A stretch of DNA of 64,000 bases, taken from NCBI GenBank assembly GCA_019136655.1, contig JAGVTU010000012.1, positions 19,813 to 83,812 of the forward strand, in the 5' to 3' direction. A program made the translations under genes and the position numbers. This document shows positions 38,358 to 49,073 of the stretch, one piece after another; position 1 is the first letter of the stretch, and each line of letters opens with the position of its first letter. The notes beneath the pieces were generated by a model that made no database searches, was not told the origin of the DNA, and was given only the letters and a program-made list of their open reading frames with translations. The stretch comes from Bacteroidota bacterium. Lineage in GTDB: Bacteria; Bacteroidota; Bacteroidia; AKYH767-A; OLB10.

Positions 38358-39794
38358 TCAGATTTTTTCGAGTAATGCCACATTCTCCACATGGTCAGTC
38401 TGAGGAAACATATCTACCGGGCGACATTTTATGAAGCGATAATGGTCTTTCATCAGTGCAATATCGCGTGCCTGCGTTGCCACATTGCAGCTCACATAAA
38501 CAACTCTTCTGGCGCCACTGTTGCATATTACCTTCACCACATCAGGATGCATTCCTGCACGAGGCGGGTCGGTAATAATCACATCAGGAAAACCCTGCTG
38601 CGAATAAAATTCATTAGTCAGAATTTCGCGCATGTCACCTGCAAAAAATGATGTGTTGGAAATTTGATTCAGTTGGCTGTTGATTTTTGCACTTTCAATA
38701 GATTCTGCCACGCTTTCAATTCCTGTAACATGCTTGCATTGCGAAGCAACAAATGCAGCAATGGTTCCCGTTCCTGTGTAAAGGTCATACACATGATCTT
38801 CTTTACTGAGTTCAGCAAACTCGCGCGCTGTTTTATACAACTCATACGCCTGCACAGGATTGGTTTGATAAAAAGTTTTAGGGCCAATCTGAAAATTCAA
38901 ACCTTCCATCTCTTCTGTAATAAAAGAATCACCACTGAAAAGTTCAAACTCCAGGTCGAAGAAAGTGTCATTTTTCTTTGGGTTGATAACAGAATAAAGA
39001 GATGTTATCTGCGGAAATTGTTCTGCGACTGCTTTTAATAACTGCTCTCGTTCATTCTTACCGGCATCTTTAAACATAATTGCAACCATCCACTGGCCTT
39101 TGGTGGTATTTCTTACAATCATATTCCGCAGCATACCATGCTGACTGATGCGATTGAAAAAAGTATAGTTGTGTTTCAACGCATACTCACGAACAAAATT
39201 TCTGATTTTATTCGACAAATCTTCCTGCAAGAGACACTCAGTAATGTTGAGCACTTTATCAAAACGACCGGTAACATGGAAACCCAAAGCAGGTTGCGAA
39301 ACATATTCAGGATTCTTAACCTGTTCGCTGGTCATCCATTCCTTATCCGAAAAAGCAAAATCAAGTCGGTTGCGATAGTGGAAAATACTTTGCGAAGCAA
39401 GAATGTTTTCTATTTCAGGATTTTCAATATGAGCAATTCGCTGCAATGCGTCCTTCACCTGCTTCTGCTTATAAAACAACTGCTTTTCATAAGTCATGTC
39501 CTGCCGTTTGCATCCTCCGCAAACACCAAAATGCCTGCATTCAGGTTTAATTCTGAAAGGAGAATACGACTTATATTCTTTTACAGAAGCTTCAATAAAT
39601 TTATTCTTCTTCCGTTTTACTTCTACATCTACAATATCACCGGGCACTACATGTTTTACAAATACTGCTCTTCCCTCCCATTTCCCTATACCTCTGCCTT
39701 CATCAGCTATATCAATAATTTCAAGCGCTTCAATCGTTTTCGTCATGGTGTCAAAAGTAGGTTTCTCGGGCATAATTATTGCCTCAGCACACAT
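38358..39794 (-). CDS. rlmD: 23S rRNA (uracil-C5)-methyltransferase RlmD/RumA family
   Basis: TRAM-like N-terminus, an Fe-S cysteine cluster (CRHFGVCGGCKRQ), SAM-MTase motifs (DLYTGTGTIA, ITDPPRAGMH) and a catalytic-Cys region (YVSCNVATQARD). The start may instead be an internal Met (M8 or M17). Confidence 0.85.
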   Translation of the reverse strand: MCAEAIIMPEKPTFDTMTKTIEALEIIDIADEGRGIGKWEGRAVFVKHVVPGDIVDVEVKRKKNKFIEASVKEYKSYSPFRIKPECRHFGVCGGCKRQDMTYEKQLFYKQKQVKDALQRIAHIENPEIENILASQSIFHYRNRLDFAFSDKEWMTSEQVKNPEYVSQPALGFHVTGRFDKVLNITECLLQEDLSNKIRNFVREYALKHNYTFFNRISQHGMLRNMIVRNTTKGQWMVAIMFKDAGKNEREQLLKAVAEQFPQITSLYSVINPKKNDTFFDLEFELFSGDSFITEEMEGLNFQIGPKTFYQTNPVQAYELYKTAREFAELSKEDHVYDLYTGTGTIAAFVASQCKHVTGIESVAESIESAKINSQLNQISNTSFFAGDMREILTNEFYSQQGFPDVIITDPPRAGMHPDVVKVICNSGARRVVYVSCNVATQARDIALMKDHYRFIKCRPVDMFPQTDHVENVALLEKI

Positions 39795-39876
39795 AATTTT
39801 CTCTTTCAGTCATATCAAATCAGTGAAAAAACCTTGAGCATTGAAAATGATGCCTAAAAACTCGCATTTTTTTGTT

Positions 39877-39884
39877 TATTTTTG
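39877..39884 (+). promoter_or_regulatory. Bacteroidota -7 box (TATTTTTG)
   Basis: Perfect TAnnTTTG match 26 nt upstream of the ATG at 39910. Confidence 0.5.
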
Positions 39885-39909
39885 CTTAGATATATAATCT
39901 GTCAAACTC

Positions 39910-42267
39910 ATGCCATTGAAATTCAGGTATGCCATTTTCACATTCATGCTTATTATGTTGGGGCAAGATGCTATGTCCAAACATATTGCAGGAGGTGATT
40001 TCACATACCGGAGGCTGACAGGAAATCAATTTGAAATCACTTTAAAACTTTTTCGCGACTGTGCAGATTTTGTACCGTTTGACAATACCATTCTCATTGG
40101 CGTTTTTAACAAAGGCACCAATGCATTGGTAGGCTCTTATACCGTTGCATTGAAGGATTCAGGTGGACTGACACTTACAGGCTCATCATGTCTTACACCA
40201 CCGCAGGGAGTATGTATGGATAAATGTACGTATGTAGATACCATTACATTAGCCAATAATCCGAGCGGATATTATGTATCGTGGGAACGTTGCTGTCGCA
40301 ACAATGCTACGCTCAACCTGAATCGCCCGGGTGATACAGGAATAGCCTATTACATGGAAATTCCCGACCCTGCTATCATTAATAATTCTCCGTATTTCAC
40401 TACCGATCCTTTACCATTTATGTGTGTAGGTCAGGATTTTTCATTCGACTTCAGTGCTACTGATCCTGATGGTGATGTGTTGACTTATACTTTGGAAACA
40501 CCTCTTGCCGGTGACCTTGGGTATCCTGTTAAAACTTCCACCTCGCCTGTATGGGCAACCCCTTCTCCCGGACCTTATGCATCAGCGCAGTGGGCACCCG
40601 GTTACAACCTGAGCAACATCACAGGCACTTCGCCACCAATGACTTTAAACAGTAATACAGGGTTGATGCAGGTTAAAGCTTCTTTGCAAGGGTATTATGC
40701 TATGGCAGTAGTGGTGCGTGAGTACAGAGGTGGTGTACTCATTGGCCTGATCAGAAGAGAAATAGAATTTACGGTAATTAATTGCCTCGGTAATACTGCA
40801 CCGCAAATCACCTATGAAAATTCTACTGCCAGCATCAACGGATTAACTTTTACGGTTTACGAAAAAGATACTTTATGCTTTACCATTAAAGCTACTGACA
40901 GTGATTCGATGTCGCTGACCTATACAGGAGATATTTTTTCGGGAAGCGGCATTACTCCTCCTTATGCAACTACATCAACTGCTTCGGGAAATGGAACAAT
41001 TATCAGCTCATTCTGCTGGTACACCACTTGCAATCACGGACGTACGCAACCTTATCACGTTACCTACAAAGTAGAAGACAATGGATGTCCCACACATTTT
41101 TCTTCCACTGACAGTTTGCTGATTTATGTTCTTCCTCAACCTTCTATTCCTCCACCGGTTTTGTTTTGTCTTGCAGTGGACACACTCAACTCTTCCATTA
41201 AACTGAATTTCAGAGATACGTTTGATATGCCGAGATTCATAGACCGGTTTGAAATTTTCCGCAGTGTAAACGGAGGTAACTTCACTTCTGTGGGAAGTGT
41301 GGATACGACAAAGAATAGTTTTACAGACAATTCAGCAGTAAACAGCACTGCAAATAATTATTGTTATTACATAAGAGGTGTAAATCGTTGTGGCGAATAT
41401 GGAATCAGTTCAGATACCATCTGCTCAAGCAACCAGCTGAACGTTGAACCTCTTACACTTTACAGTTCTCACATCAGCGGCAGCAGTATTGTTATTCAAC
41501 TGAGTAATGCTGCCGATAATATTAACTCAGTTTTTTATATTGAGAAAAAACAAAATGAGAACGGATTTAGTTACGAACCTTATCTGACTTTGAATGGAAT
41601 TAATGGAGATTCCCTCGAAGATGTGAATCAGCCTGTTGCCGAAAAATCATTTTGCTACAGAATTACTAAACAAAATTTATGCAATAATATCAGCCCGGTA
41701 AGCAATGAGTCGTGCAGTATTTTGCTTACAGGCACCAGCATTCCGCTGCAACATAAATTGCAGTGGACACCATATACTGAATGGGATGGAGGCGTAAGCA
41801 GCTATGTGCTTTACCGAAAAAATCACAATGGAGGTACCTATGCAGCCATTGCCACATTGCCGCCAACTGAATTTGAATTTACAGATGATAATCTCCCTCA
41901 GGATGATGGTGTATTTGATTATTATGTGGCAGCTAACAGCGATTCGCTCGGCTTGACCTCCACCAGCAACGAAGTTTCACTGATACAACAGGCAACCGTT
42001 TATTCTCCCAATGCATTTACACCCAATAATGACGGACTTAATGACACCTGGTTGCCCTTCTCAGGATTTATAAGAACCTATAATCTCAAAATTTTTAACC
42101 GTTGGGGAAATATTGTTTTTGAAACATCGGGGACTCAGGACGGTTGGGATGGCAGCTATCAGGGCAATAAAGCTTCTCAGGGTGTATATTTTTATGTAAT
42201 CACTTATCAGAATTATGTTGACAATCAGACAGCATATAAACGGGGAACTGTAACTCTGATACGCTAA
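39910..42267 (+). CDS. Gliding-motility-associated C-terminal domain protein (T9SS type B sorting domain)
   Basis: The C-terminus is PNAFTPNNDGLNDTWLPF...YNLKIFNRWGNIVFET...GWDGSYQGNKASQGVYFYVITY, the CHU_C / type B sorting-domain signature. The N-terminus has a signal peptide followed by HIAGGDFTYRRL. Confidence 0.85.
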   Translation: MPLKFRYAIFTFMLIMLGQDAMSKHIAGGDFTYRRLTGNQFEITLKLFRDCADFVPFDNTILIGVFNKGTNALVGSYTVALKDSGGLTLTGSSCLTPPQGVCMDKCTYVDTITLANNPSGYYVSWERCCRNNATLNLNRPGDTGIAYYMEIPDPAIINNSPYFTTDPLPFMCVGQDFSFDFSATDPDGDVLTYTLETPLAGDLGYPVKTSTSPVWATPSPGPYASAQWAPGYNLSNITGTSPPMTLNSNTGLMQVKASLQGYYAMAVVVREYRGGVLIGLIRREIEFTVINCLGNTAPQITYENSTASINGLTFTVYEKDTLCFTIKATDSDSMSLTYTGDIFSGSGITPPYATTSTASGNGTIISSFCWYTTCNHGRTQPYHVTYKVEDNGCPTHFSSTDSLLIYVLPQPSIPPPVLFCLAVDTLNSSIKLNFRDTFDMPRFIDRFEIFRSVNGGNFTSVGSVDTTKNSFTDNSAVNSTANNYCYYIRGVNRCGEYGISSDTICSSNQLNVEPLTLYSSHISGSSIVIQLSNAADNINSVFYIEKKQNENGFSYEPYLTLNGINGDSLEDVNQPVAEKSFCYRITKQNLCNNISPVSNESCSILLTGTSIPLQHKLQWTPYTEWDGGVSSYVLYRKNHNGGTYAAIATLPPTEFEFTDDNLPQDDGVFDYYVAANSDSLGLTSTSNEVSLIQQATVYSPNAFTPNNDGLNDTWLPFSGFIRTYNLKIFNRWGNIVFETSGTQDGWDGSYQGNKASQGVYFYVITYQNYVDNQTAYKRGTVTLIR

Positions 42268-42339
42268 GTGGTTCAATCATTTTGAAATTTTATTTTTCAA
42301 CAAAACAAAACAACGGTATAAACATTATTACTATGCCTT

Positions 42340-42347
42340 TACTTTTG
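42340..42347 (+). promoter_or_regulatory. Bacteroidota -7 box (TACTTTTG) for uvrA
   Basis: The box ends 11 nt before the uvrA ATG (42359). It shares the extended context CTTTACTTTTGC with the box at 51773. Confidence 0.5.
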
Positions 42348-42358
42348 CGCGGTTAGTT

Positions 42359-45265
42359 ATGCATCCGATAGAATCACTCAATCCCAAAAAATATATTATC
42401 ATAAAAGGCGCTGCTGTTCACAATCTTAAAAAGGTAGATGTGGCCATCAGGCGCAACAGTTTTACCGTTATTACAGGATTATCAGGTTCAGGAAAATCGT
42501 CACTGGCATTCGACACGCTTTATGCCGAAGGTCAGAGGCGATATGTGGAAAGTTTGTCAAGTTATGCCCGCCAGTTTATGGGACGATTAGACAAACCTGA
42601 AGTGGAGTACATTAAAGGCATTGCACCGGCCATTGCCATTGAACAGAAAGTAAATTCAAGAAATCCACGCAGCACAGTGGGTACATCAACTGAAATTTAT
42701 GATTACCTGAAATTGCTTTTTGCACGTATTGGAAAAACTTATTCGCCCATCAGTGGCAACCTTGTAAAAAAACATTCAGTAACGGATGTGGTGGATTTTC
42801 TCTTGCAACAAACTCCCGGAAAAAAATTTTATATACTGGCAAAATTACATCCTCATCAGGGACGAAAACTCAGTGATGAGTTGACTGCATTGCAACAAAA
42901 AGGATTCAGCAGAATTGTTCAGCAAGGAGAACTGATAAAAATTGATGATGCAATTGCAGCATTGCCTCCTGAAACTGAAAAACCTGCACCAAAAAAACGG
43001 GGACGTAAAAAAATATCTGACAGCGAAGAAGAGCAACCAACTTTTCCTGAAATTGAAATTCTGATTGACAGACTTATCATTCCTGAGGAATGGACAGATG
43101 AGTTAAAGTCGAGATATGCCGACTCTGCACAGACAGCTTTTAACGAAGGGCAGGGTCATTGCACACTGAATGAACTGAATGATGGCGGAAACCTCTCTCA
43201 CACCTTCAGCAATTTATTTGAAGAAGATGGAATAAAGTTTGAAGAACCAAGTGTACATCTTTTCAGTTTCAACAATCCTTATGGTGCGTGCAAAAACTGC
43301 GAGGGTTTTGGTAACGTAATCGGTATTGATGAAAACCTTGTTATTCCCAATAAATCTTTGTCGGTTTATGATGGTGCTGTTGCATGCTGGCGCGGAGAGA
43401 AAATGTCGGAGTGGCAACAGAAGTTTATTCTGAAAGCTTATAAAAATAATTTTCCTGTTCACCGCCCTTATTATGAATTGAATGAAGTTGATAAAAAACT
43501 TTTGTGGGATGGAAACAAACAGATAAAAGGTATCCGCGATTTTTTTCATCATGTAGAAACTCAAACGTATAAAATTCAATACCGTGTGATGCTAAGCCGT
43601 TATCGCGGAAAAACTGTCTGTCCTGAATGTAGAGGAACACGACTGAGAAAAGATGCCAATTATGTAAAGGTCAACAATCACTCCATTACTGATATTGTAT
43701 TGATGCCGGTAAGCAAGAGTCTTCCTTTTTTCAAGTCACTTGAGCTGAACAGTTATGAGCAAAAAGTTGCAGGAAGATTACTCATTGAAATTACCAATCG
43801 TTTACAATATTTGTCTGATGTAGGTTTAGGGTATCTAACTCTGAACCGTTTGTCAAACACACTCTCAGGAGGAGAATCTCAACGTATCAATCTGGCCACA
43901 TCATTAGGAAGCAGTCTGGTTGGAAGCATGTATATTCTGGATGAGCCAAGTATTGGATTGCATCCCAGGGATACCGAAAGACTGATAGGTGTATTGAAGT
44001 CGTTGCAAAAAGCAGGAAACACATTGATTGTTGTGGAGCACGATGAGGAAATTATGCGCAGTGCCGATGAACTCATTGATATGGGACCCATGGCAGGAAC
44101 CAACGGAGGCAGGGTTGTTTTTCAGGGAGATTTCAATCAGTTGCAAAACAGCACTGAAAGCATCACTGCACGATATCTTACAGGCAAAGAATATATTCAT
44201 GTGCCAAGCCGGAGACGAAAATGGACACAGCATATTGGAATTACCGGTGCAAGAGAAAATAATCTGAAAAATATAGATGTAAAAATTCCACTTGGGATAT
44301 TTACTGCAGTAACCGGTGTGAGCGGTTCAGGAAAAACCTCTCTGATTAAGAAAATTGTTTATCCGGCAGTGAAAAAAGTTTTGGGAGGATATGATGATGA
44401 GTCCGGGAAATATGACAGACTGAATGGTGATTACACTTCATTACATGGCATTGAACTGATAGACCAGAACCCCATCGGTAAATCTTCAAGAAGTAATCCT
44501 GTGACGTATGTAAAAGCTTATGATGAAATTAGAAACCTGATGTCAGAAACACCATTTGCCCGTCAGCGAATGATGAAACCGGCTTTGTTTTCATTCAATG
44601 TTGAAGGAGGTCGTTGCGAAATGTGTCAGGGCGAAGGTGTGGTAACAATAGAAATGCAGTTTATGGCTGACATTCAGCTGAAGTGCGAAGCCTGTCAGGG
44701 GAAACGATTTAAGCATGAAATTCTTGGTATTACTTATCGCGATAAAAACGTTTACGATATTCTTTCGATGACGGTGGCTGATGCCATTGCTTTTTTTGCA
44801 GAAGAAACGGATGAACGCTATTTGCATTACACAAAAAAAATAATTGCACGGCTTCAGCCTCTTGCTGATGTGGGTCTCGGTTATATTGCATTAGGTCAGG
44901 CATCCAGCACCTTGAGTGGTGGCGAAGCTCAGCGAATTAAATTAGCATCATATCTTGGAATAGGTAATGCTACCACCAATACACTTTTTGTATTTGATGA
45001 ACCTACTACAGGCTTACACTTTCACGACATCAGAAAATTACTGGATGCATTTACGGCATTAATCAGAAACGGAAATTCTATTTTGGTTATTGAGCATAAT
45101 CAGGATGTGATAAAATGTGCCGACTGGGTTATTGATTTAGGTCCTGATGGTGGTGATGAAGGAGGAAAGATAGTTTTTGAGGGAACTCCGGAAGGACTTG
45201 TTGAATGTGAAAATTCCATCACCGGCAAATACCTGAAAGAAAAACTTACACAACTGCAGGAATAA
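42359..45265 (+). CDS. uvrA: Excinuclease ABC subunit A
   Basis: 968 aa. Two ABC Walker A sites ([18 protein letters not shown]), ABC signatures ([16 protein letters not shown]) and zinc-finger cysteines ([33 protein letters not shown]). Confidence 0.95.
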   Translation: MHPIESLNPKKYIIIKGAAVHNLKKVDVAIRRNSFTVITGLSGSGKSSLAFDTLYAEGQRRYVESLSSYARQFMGRLDKPEVEYIKGIAPAIAIEQKVNSRNPRSTVGTSTEIYDYLKLLFARIGKTYSPISGNLVKKHSVTDVVDFLLQQTPGKKFYILAKLHPHQGRKLSDELTALQQKGFSRIVQQGELIKIDDAIAALPPETEKPAPKKRGRKKISDSEEEQPTFPEIEILIDRLIIPEEWTDELKSRYADSAQTAFNEGQGHCTLNELNDGGNLSHTFSNLFEEDGIKFEEPSVHLFSFNNPYGACKNCEGFGNVIGIDENLVIPNKSLSVYDGAVACWRGEKMSEWQQKFILKAYKNNFPVHRPYYELNEVDKKLLWDGNKQIKGIRDFFHHVETQTYKIQYRVMLSRYRGKTVCPECRGTRLRKDANYVKVNNHSITDIVLMPVSKSLPFFKSLELNSYEQKVAGRLLIEITNRLQYLSDVGLGYLTLNRLSNTLSGGESQRINLATSLGSSLVGSMYILDEPSIGLHPRDTERLIGVLKSLQKAGNTLIVVEHDEEIMRSADELIDMGPMAGTNGGRVVFQGDFNQLQNSTESITARYLTGKEYIHVPSRRRKWTQHIGITGARENNLKNIDVKIPLGIFTAVTGVSGSGKTSLIKKIVYPAVKKVLGGYDDESGKYDRLNGDYTSLHGIELIDQNPIGKSSRSNPVTYVKAYDEIRNLMSETPFARQRMMKPALFSFNVEGGRCEMCQGEGVVTIEMQFMADIQLKCEACQGKRFKHEILGITYRDKNVYDILSMTVADAIAFFAEETDERYLHYTKKIIARLQPLADVGLGYIALGQASSTLSGGEAQRIKLASYLGIGNATTNTLFVFDEPTTGLHFHDIRKLLDAFTALIRNGNSILVIEHNQDVIKCADWVIDLGPDGGDEGGKIVFEGTPEGLVECENSITGKYLKEKLTQLQE

Positions 45266-45277
45266 TTATTCATATCA

Positions 45278-46159
45278 TCACTTCTTTGCTTCCATATACA
45301 TGGACACAGGGGGCATGGTGCAGTCAAAAAAGTTTAAATCGCGGAGTGCAGGCGAATGGCTTTGTCCGTAAGCCGATCGATAAATAATTTTGAAGCCCGC
45401 TTTTTCAAGCATTTGCCTCAGCTTTTTTTCTGTGAACCAGTTTAAATGATTTTCCGGATGTTGCTTCTGCACGTCAACACGGCAAAACGAAATGCAATAG
45501 TCAAGCGCCTCTTCAAATGACTTTTCTTCAAATAACTTTTTTATCTCCTCATCGCTTAATCTTTTTTCGCTGCCATGCAGTGGAATTTCAGATGCCTGCG
45601 ATGCAAAATCTTCAAGAAAAATCTGCGCGGTAGTTTCTTTATTTAGCGGCTGCCTGATGTTTACGCGCTTGTAATCTTTATCGCTGCTGTACCAATCAAT
45701 CCAATAGTAAAAATCTCTGTCATTTTCTTTATACGCTCTGTATGACAGATCAATGTCGGGAGTAACGATGCGGATGATACCACCTTTTTTCAGCATCCTG
45801 AAACTCTCATTAAACAAGTTCTGAACAGCTTCGTTATTCACATGCTCAATGGTGTGGCTTGTATAAATAATTTCTGCCGCGTCTGATTCAACCGGAATAG
45901 ACTCAAGGGAAAACAAATCGTAATCGATTCCTTTAAACGTGTTGGCGATATTCATTTCATACCATCTGCTTAAATGGTCAATGTTTGTCCAGCAGGGATG
46001 ATAAAATGCACCCGCCCCAATATTATAAAACCGCTTTTTGCGGATGCTTTCTTCCGAATACAGTTTTTTATAGAGCCACAACTTGTAATCAACAGCAATT
46101 TTTCTGCCTACGGTTAACCCGACTGCGCCAAATATTTTTTTTATCATTCCATTTATCAT
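45278..46159 (-). CDS. Class I SAM-dependent methyltransferase (Methyltransf_11/23-like)
   Basis: Glycine-rich motif I (YNIGAGAF), a post-motif region (IIYTSHTIEHV) and LKKGGIIRIVTPD. 293 aa. The substrate cannot be inferred. Confidence 0.65.
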   Translation of the reverse strand: MINGMIKKIFGAVGLTVGRKIAVDYKLWLYKKLYSEESIRKKRFYNIGAGAFYHPCWTNIDHLSRWYEMNIANTFKGIDYDLFSLESIPVESDAAEIIYTSHTIEHVNNEAVQNLFNESFRMLKKGGIIRIVTPDIDLSYRAYKENDRDFYYWIDWYSSDKDYKRVNIRQPLNKETTAQIFLEDFASQASEIPLHGSEKRLSDEEIKKLFEEKSFEEALDYCISFCRVDVQKQHPENHLNWFTEKKLRQMLEKAGFKIIYRSAYGQSHSPALRDLNFFDCTMPPVSMYMEAKK

Positions 46160-46170
46160 AACCTTTCGTT

Positions 46171-46202
46171 AAAAAAGAAAAGCTACCCGAAAGCAACTTT
46201 TC
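46171..46202 (-). terminator. Candidate rho-independent terminator after the 46225..48972 gene
   Basis: On the minus strand, GAAAA..GCT / AGC..TTTTC form an interrupted 8-bp stem with a 7-nt loop, followed by TTTTTT (plus-strand AAAAAA at 46171-46176). Confidence 0.4.
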
Positions 46203-46224
46203 TTATATTATATGACACCTAATG

Positions 46225-48972
46225 TTATTCCACTTCAAGTTTTACTCTGCCTGAATAATCATTATTCTCAAAAGCTACAACGTAAATACCTTTTGAAAGC
46301 GATTTAATATTGATAAGATGCTCATTGCGTCCTGCTTTTGAAATTCCTCCTTCGTTTAAAATATTCTTACCTAAAATATCATACACTTTGATGGAATAAT
46401 TTCCCGCATCTGCTGATTGGAAACTCAATCTAACTTCTTCATCGGCAGGATTCGGGTACAAACTTAACGCCTGAACATTGTCCTGCATAACTTCCCCTGC
46501 TTCTCTGCAATTCATTACTACATTAAACGTCCTCGTACCACTGTTACCACATGAATTTACTCCTTTCACACCAACAATTCCATTGTTACTTCCCATATCA
46601 GCAGTAATGCTGTTGGAGCCCTGACCTGATGCAATTACTGTTCCTGATGGCACAGTCCACTGATAAGAAGTTGCTCCAAAACCACCTGCTGTTGAAAACT
46701 GTACTCCCGTTTGTCCGGCACAAAATACTGATGGATTTGCAGTAATCGCATCAGGCTTGTTAGGTACAGCTTTGATTGGAATACAACGGGTATTACCTGT
46801 ACGGCAATAGTTGGTTCCTGCAACACAAAGGCTGTGCGTTCCGCTGCCGGGATTAAGATAATCTATTGTAATCGCATTGGTTCCTGCACCTGATGCAATA
46901 GAACTGTTAGGAGGTAATGTCCATGTATAACTGGTTGCATAATTTGAATTTCCTGCTGTATAACTCAGTTGTGTATTGCATGCTCCATAATAAGAACCTG
47001 TCAATGACGATGGCACTCCGGGTACATCTATTACTGTAGTTAATTTTTTAACCGGAGTAGTGAAACAAATATTTGATGCGGTAACTGTAATATCACCACC
47101 GGTGTATAATGTACCAAAATCAACAATAATAGAATTTGTTCCCTGACCGCTGACCAAAGTAGCACCTGCAGGTACTGTCCAGTCATACGTATTTGCTCCG
47201 GCAATCACCTGAGAACTGTATCCAACACCACTGAGTTTATCACATACTCTGGCCGGGCCGCTGATTACAGGATATGAAATAGAATAACGTGTCCATGATC
47301 TGGATGAATCAAGACTTGAGCCACATTCATTGGTAGCAAAAACATATACAGAATAACCTGAGTTGGTGGTTGAATCAAATTCAAGAGTTACAGAATTAGT
47401 TCCTTGTCCACTCAGAATTTGTACACCATTGCTATATCCCCAAACATAACCTGTTGCATCCGGTTGCAATGGCACAGAATAAACAACACCTGTTGTACCG
47501 GGGCAGGTTGCAGGCATCACTCCTGATATTGTTCCGGGAGTTGCAGGAACTTCTTTAATTGTCAATGTTGCAGAAGCAGATGTCACCAGTGAGTTACACT
47601 GATGAGACACTACCACATCATAATTTGCTGCATCCAAACTATCAGCACCTGTGATAACCAGTGAGTCTGTAAGAGCTCCTGAAATTTTTCCTCCGTCAGT
47701 TAAATCAACTCCGTTTTTCCTCCACTGATATTGCAATCCTAATCCTGATGCATTTACAGTAAAGTATGCTTCGGTGCTGCTGCAAGTCTCGAAATTCTGA
47801 GGTTGTCCCGTAATAATAATTTCATTTGAAGTATTCAAACAACGTGGTCCACTTGTAGCACATGAATTGGTAACTGTTACACAAATTTTACCAGATGTAA
47901 AATTCAACGGATAGGTTATGTCAATTGTTCTTGTACCTTGACCATTGACAATAGAACCGGGTCCTGTCAGTGTCCAGTTGTAACTTACGGCTGTAGTGTC
48001 AGTCTGCACAGAATAAGAAGTGGTTCCGCTGCAGATTCCATTGGCCAATCCGGAAATTGGAGAAGGAACATTAGGCACTTCGCGAACCTGTAAAACTCTT
48101 TGTCCACTTGATCCACAATTATTGTTGGCTACAACAGAAATATTTCCGGAGTTGTAATTCACAGGCATGGTAATCTGCACAATACTATCGCCCTGGCCTA
48201 CTATTACACTACCTGCAGGAGCTGACCAAGTAAAAGAACTTACAGGTGCATTTCCGCTGATACCGGTAGAAAAAGTTGCTGTTTGACCACCGCATAATTG
48301 AACAGGTCCTGAAATTGCCAAAGGAGTTGATGGTTTTGAGGCGTACAAATTCATACATCGGAATGAACTATAGGCACAACCATTATTTGCACGTACGCAA
48401 ATACTTCCTCCGCTAAATCCTGCATTAAACTGAACGGTTACAGAGTTGCTGCCTTGCCCACTTAATATTGTTGCATTAACAGGAACTGACCAGTCATAAG
48501 TTCGGTTCGGCTGACCCGAAACACTGTAGATAAATGTTTCACCGGGGCAGGCATAAATAGACCCTGAAATATACGAAGGGATTGATGGTGCTCCTGCTGC
48601 TGTAAGTCCTTTGCAATAGGTTACAAAATTACCGCAGGTATCGTTGGCATTCACACACAAGTTGCCGGGTGCACTGAATGATGGCCCGTAATCAACAGTT
48701 ACAGTAGTGGCAGTAGTATTATATGGATTTTGCCCGCTGATGGTTGCACCTGAAGGAAGATTCCACGTATAACTTGCTGCGTTGGCAACAGGATTAATGG
48801 TGTAGGTAAGCGACATGCCCGGACAAGCCTTAAAATCGCCTGACATTCCTGAGAAATTTCCCAATGGAGGACATTGTGCTTGTGAAGTATTCACAAGAAT
48901 GAAAATGGATGACAGAGTTATTAATGATCTGATAATAACTCTCTTTAAAAAAGTGTGTGGATTGTACAGCAT
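46225..48972 (-). CDS. Secreted repeat protein: eight PKD-like modules, one Ig-like module, T9SS type A sorting domain
   Basis: 915 aa with a signal peptide. The module signature Y.W..P.GA.I.SGQG.NS recurs eight times (for example YDWSVPVNATILSGQGSNS and YQWTVPSGTVIASGQGSNS). The central module reads QYQWRKNGVDL...NYDVVVSHQCN. C-terminus: LSLYPNPADEEVRLSF...GIYVVAFENNDYSGRVKLEVE. Confidence 0.8.
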   Translation of the reverse strand: MLYNPHTFLKRVIIRSLITLSSIFILVNTSQAQCPPLGNFSGMSGDFKACPGMSLTYTINPVANAASYTWNLPSGATISGQNPYNTTATTVTVDYGPSFSAPGNLCVNANDTCGNFVTYCKGLTAAGAPSIPSYISGSIYACPGETFIYSVSGQPNRTYDWSVPVNATILSGQGSNSVTVQFNAGFSGGSICVRANNGCAYSSFRCMNLYASKPSTPLAISGPVQLCGGQTATFSTGISGNAPVSSFTWSAPAGSVIVGQGDSIVQITMPVNYNSGNISVVANNNCGSSGQRVLQVREVPNVPSPISGLANGICSGTTSYSVQTDTTAVSYNWTLTGPGSIVNGQGTRTIDITYPLNFTSGKICVTVTNSCATSGPRCLNTSNEIIITGQPQNFETCSSTEAYFTVNASGLGLQYQWRKNGVDLTDGGKISGALTDSLVITGADSLDAANYDVVVSHQCNSLVTSASATLTIKEVPATPGTISGVMPATCPGTTGVVYSVPLQPDATGYVWGYSNGVQILSGQGTNSVTLEFDSTTNSGYSVYVFATNECGSSLDSSRSWTRYSISYPVISGPARVCDKLSGVGYSSQVIAGANTYDWTVPAGATLVSGQGTNSIIVDFGTLYTGGDITVTASNICFTTPVKKLTTVIDVPGVPSSLTGSYYGACNTQLSYTAGNSNYATSYTWTLPPNSSIASGAGTNAITIDYLNPGSGTHSLCVAGTNYCRTGNTRCIPIKAVPNKPDAITANPSVFCAGQTGVQFSTAGGFGATSYQWTVPSGTVIASGQGSNSITADMGSNNGIVGVKGVNSCGNSGTRTFNVVMNCREAGEVMQDNVQALSLYPNPADEEVRLSFQSADAGNYSIKVYDILGKNILNEGGISKAGRNEHLINIKSLSKGIYVVAFENNDYSGRVKLEVE

Positions 48973-49065
48973 ATTGGTTTATGTTATTTTGTTATGTCTT
49001 ATGAATTTGATTAGTCTTAAGCATTTGTCTATTTAAGAGTTGTTCAGTAGTAAAATTTGTTATTA

Positions 49066-49073
49066 CAAAATTA
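49066..49073 (-). promoter_or_regulatory. Candidate -7 box (TAATTTTG) for the 46225..48972 gene
   Basis: The plus strand reads caaaatta, which is TAATTTTG on the minus strand, 94 nt upstream of the ATG at 48972. Confidence 0.3.

Noticed and set aside
39138-39857. 239-aa plus-strand ORF and nested ORFs (38391..39038, 39169..39837)
   Set aside because: They are antisense to rlmD, whose TRAM, Fe-S and SAM-MTase motifs are all intact. The antisense products are low-complexity Phe/Ile/Ser-rich sequences.
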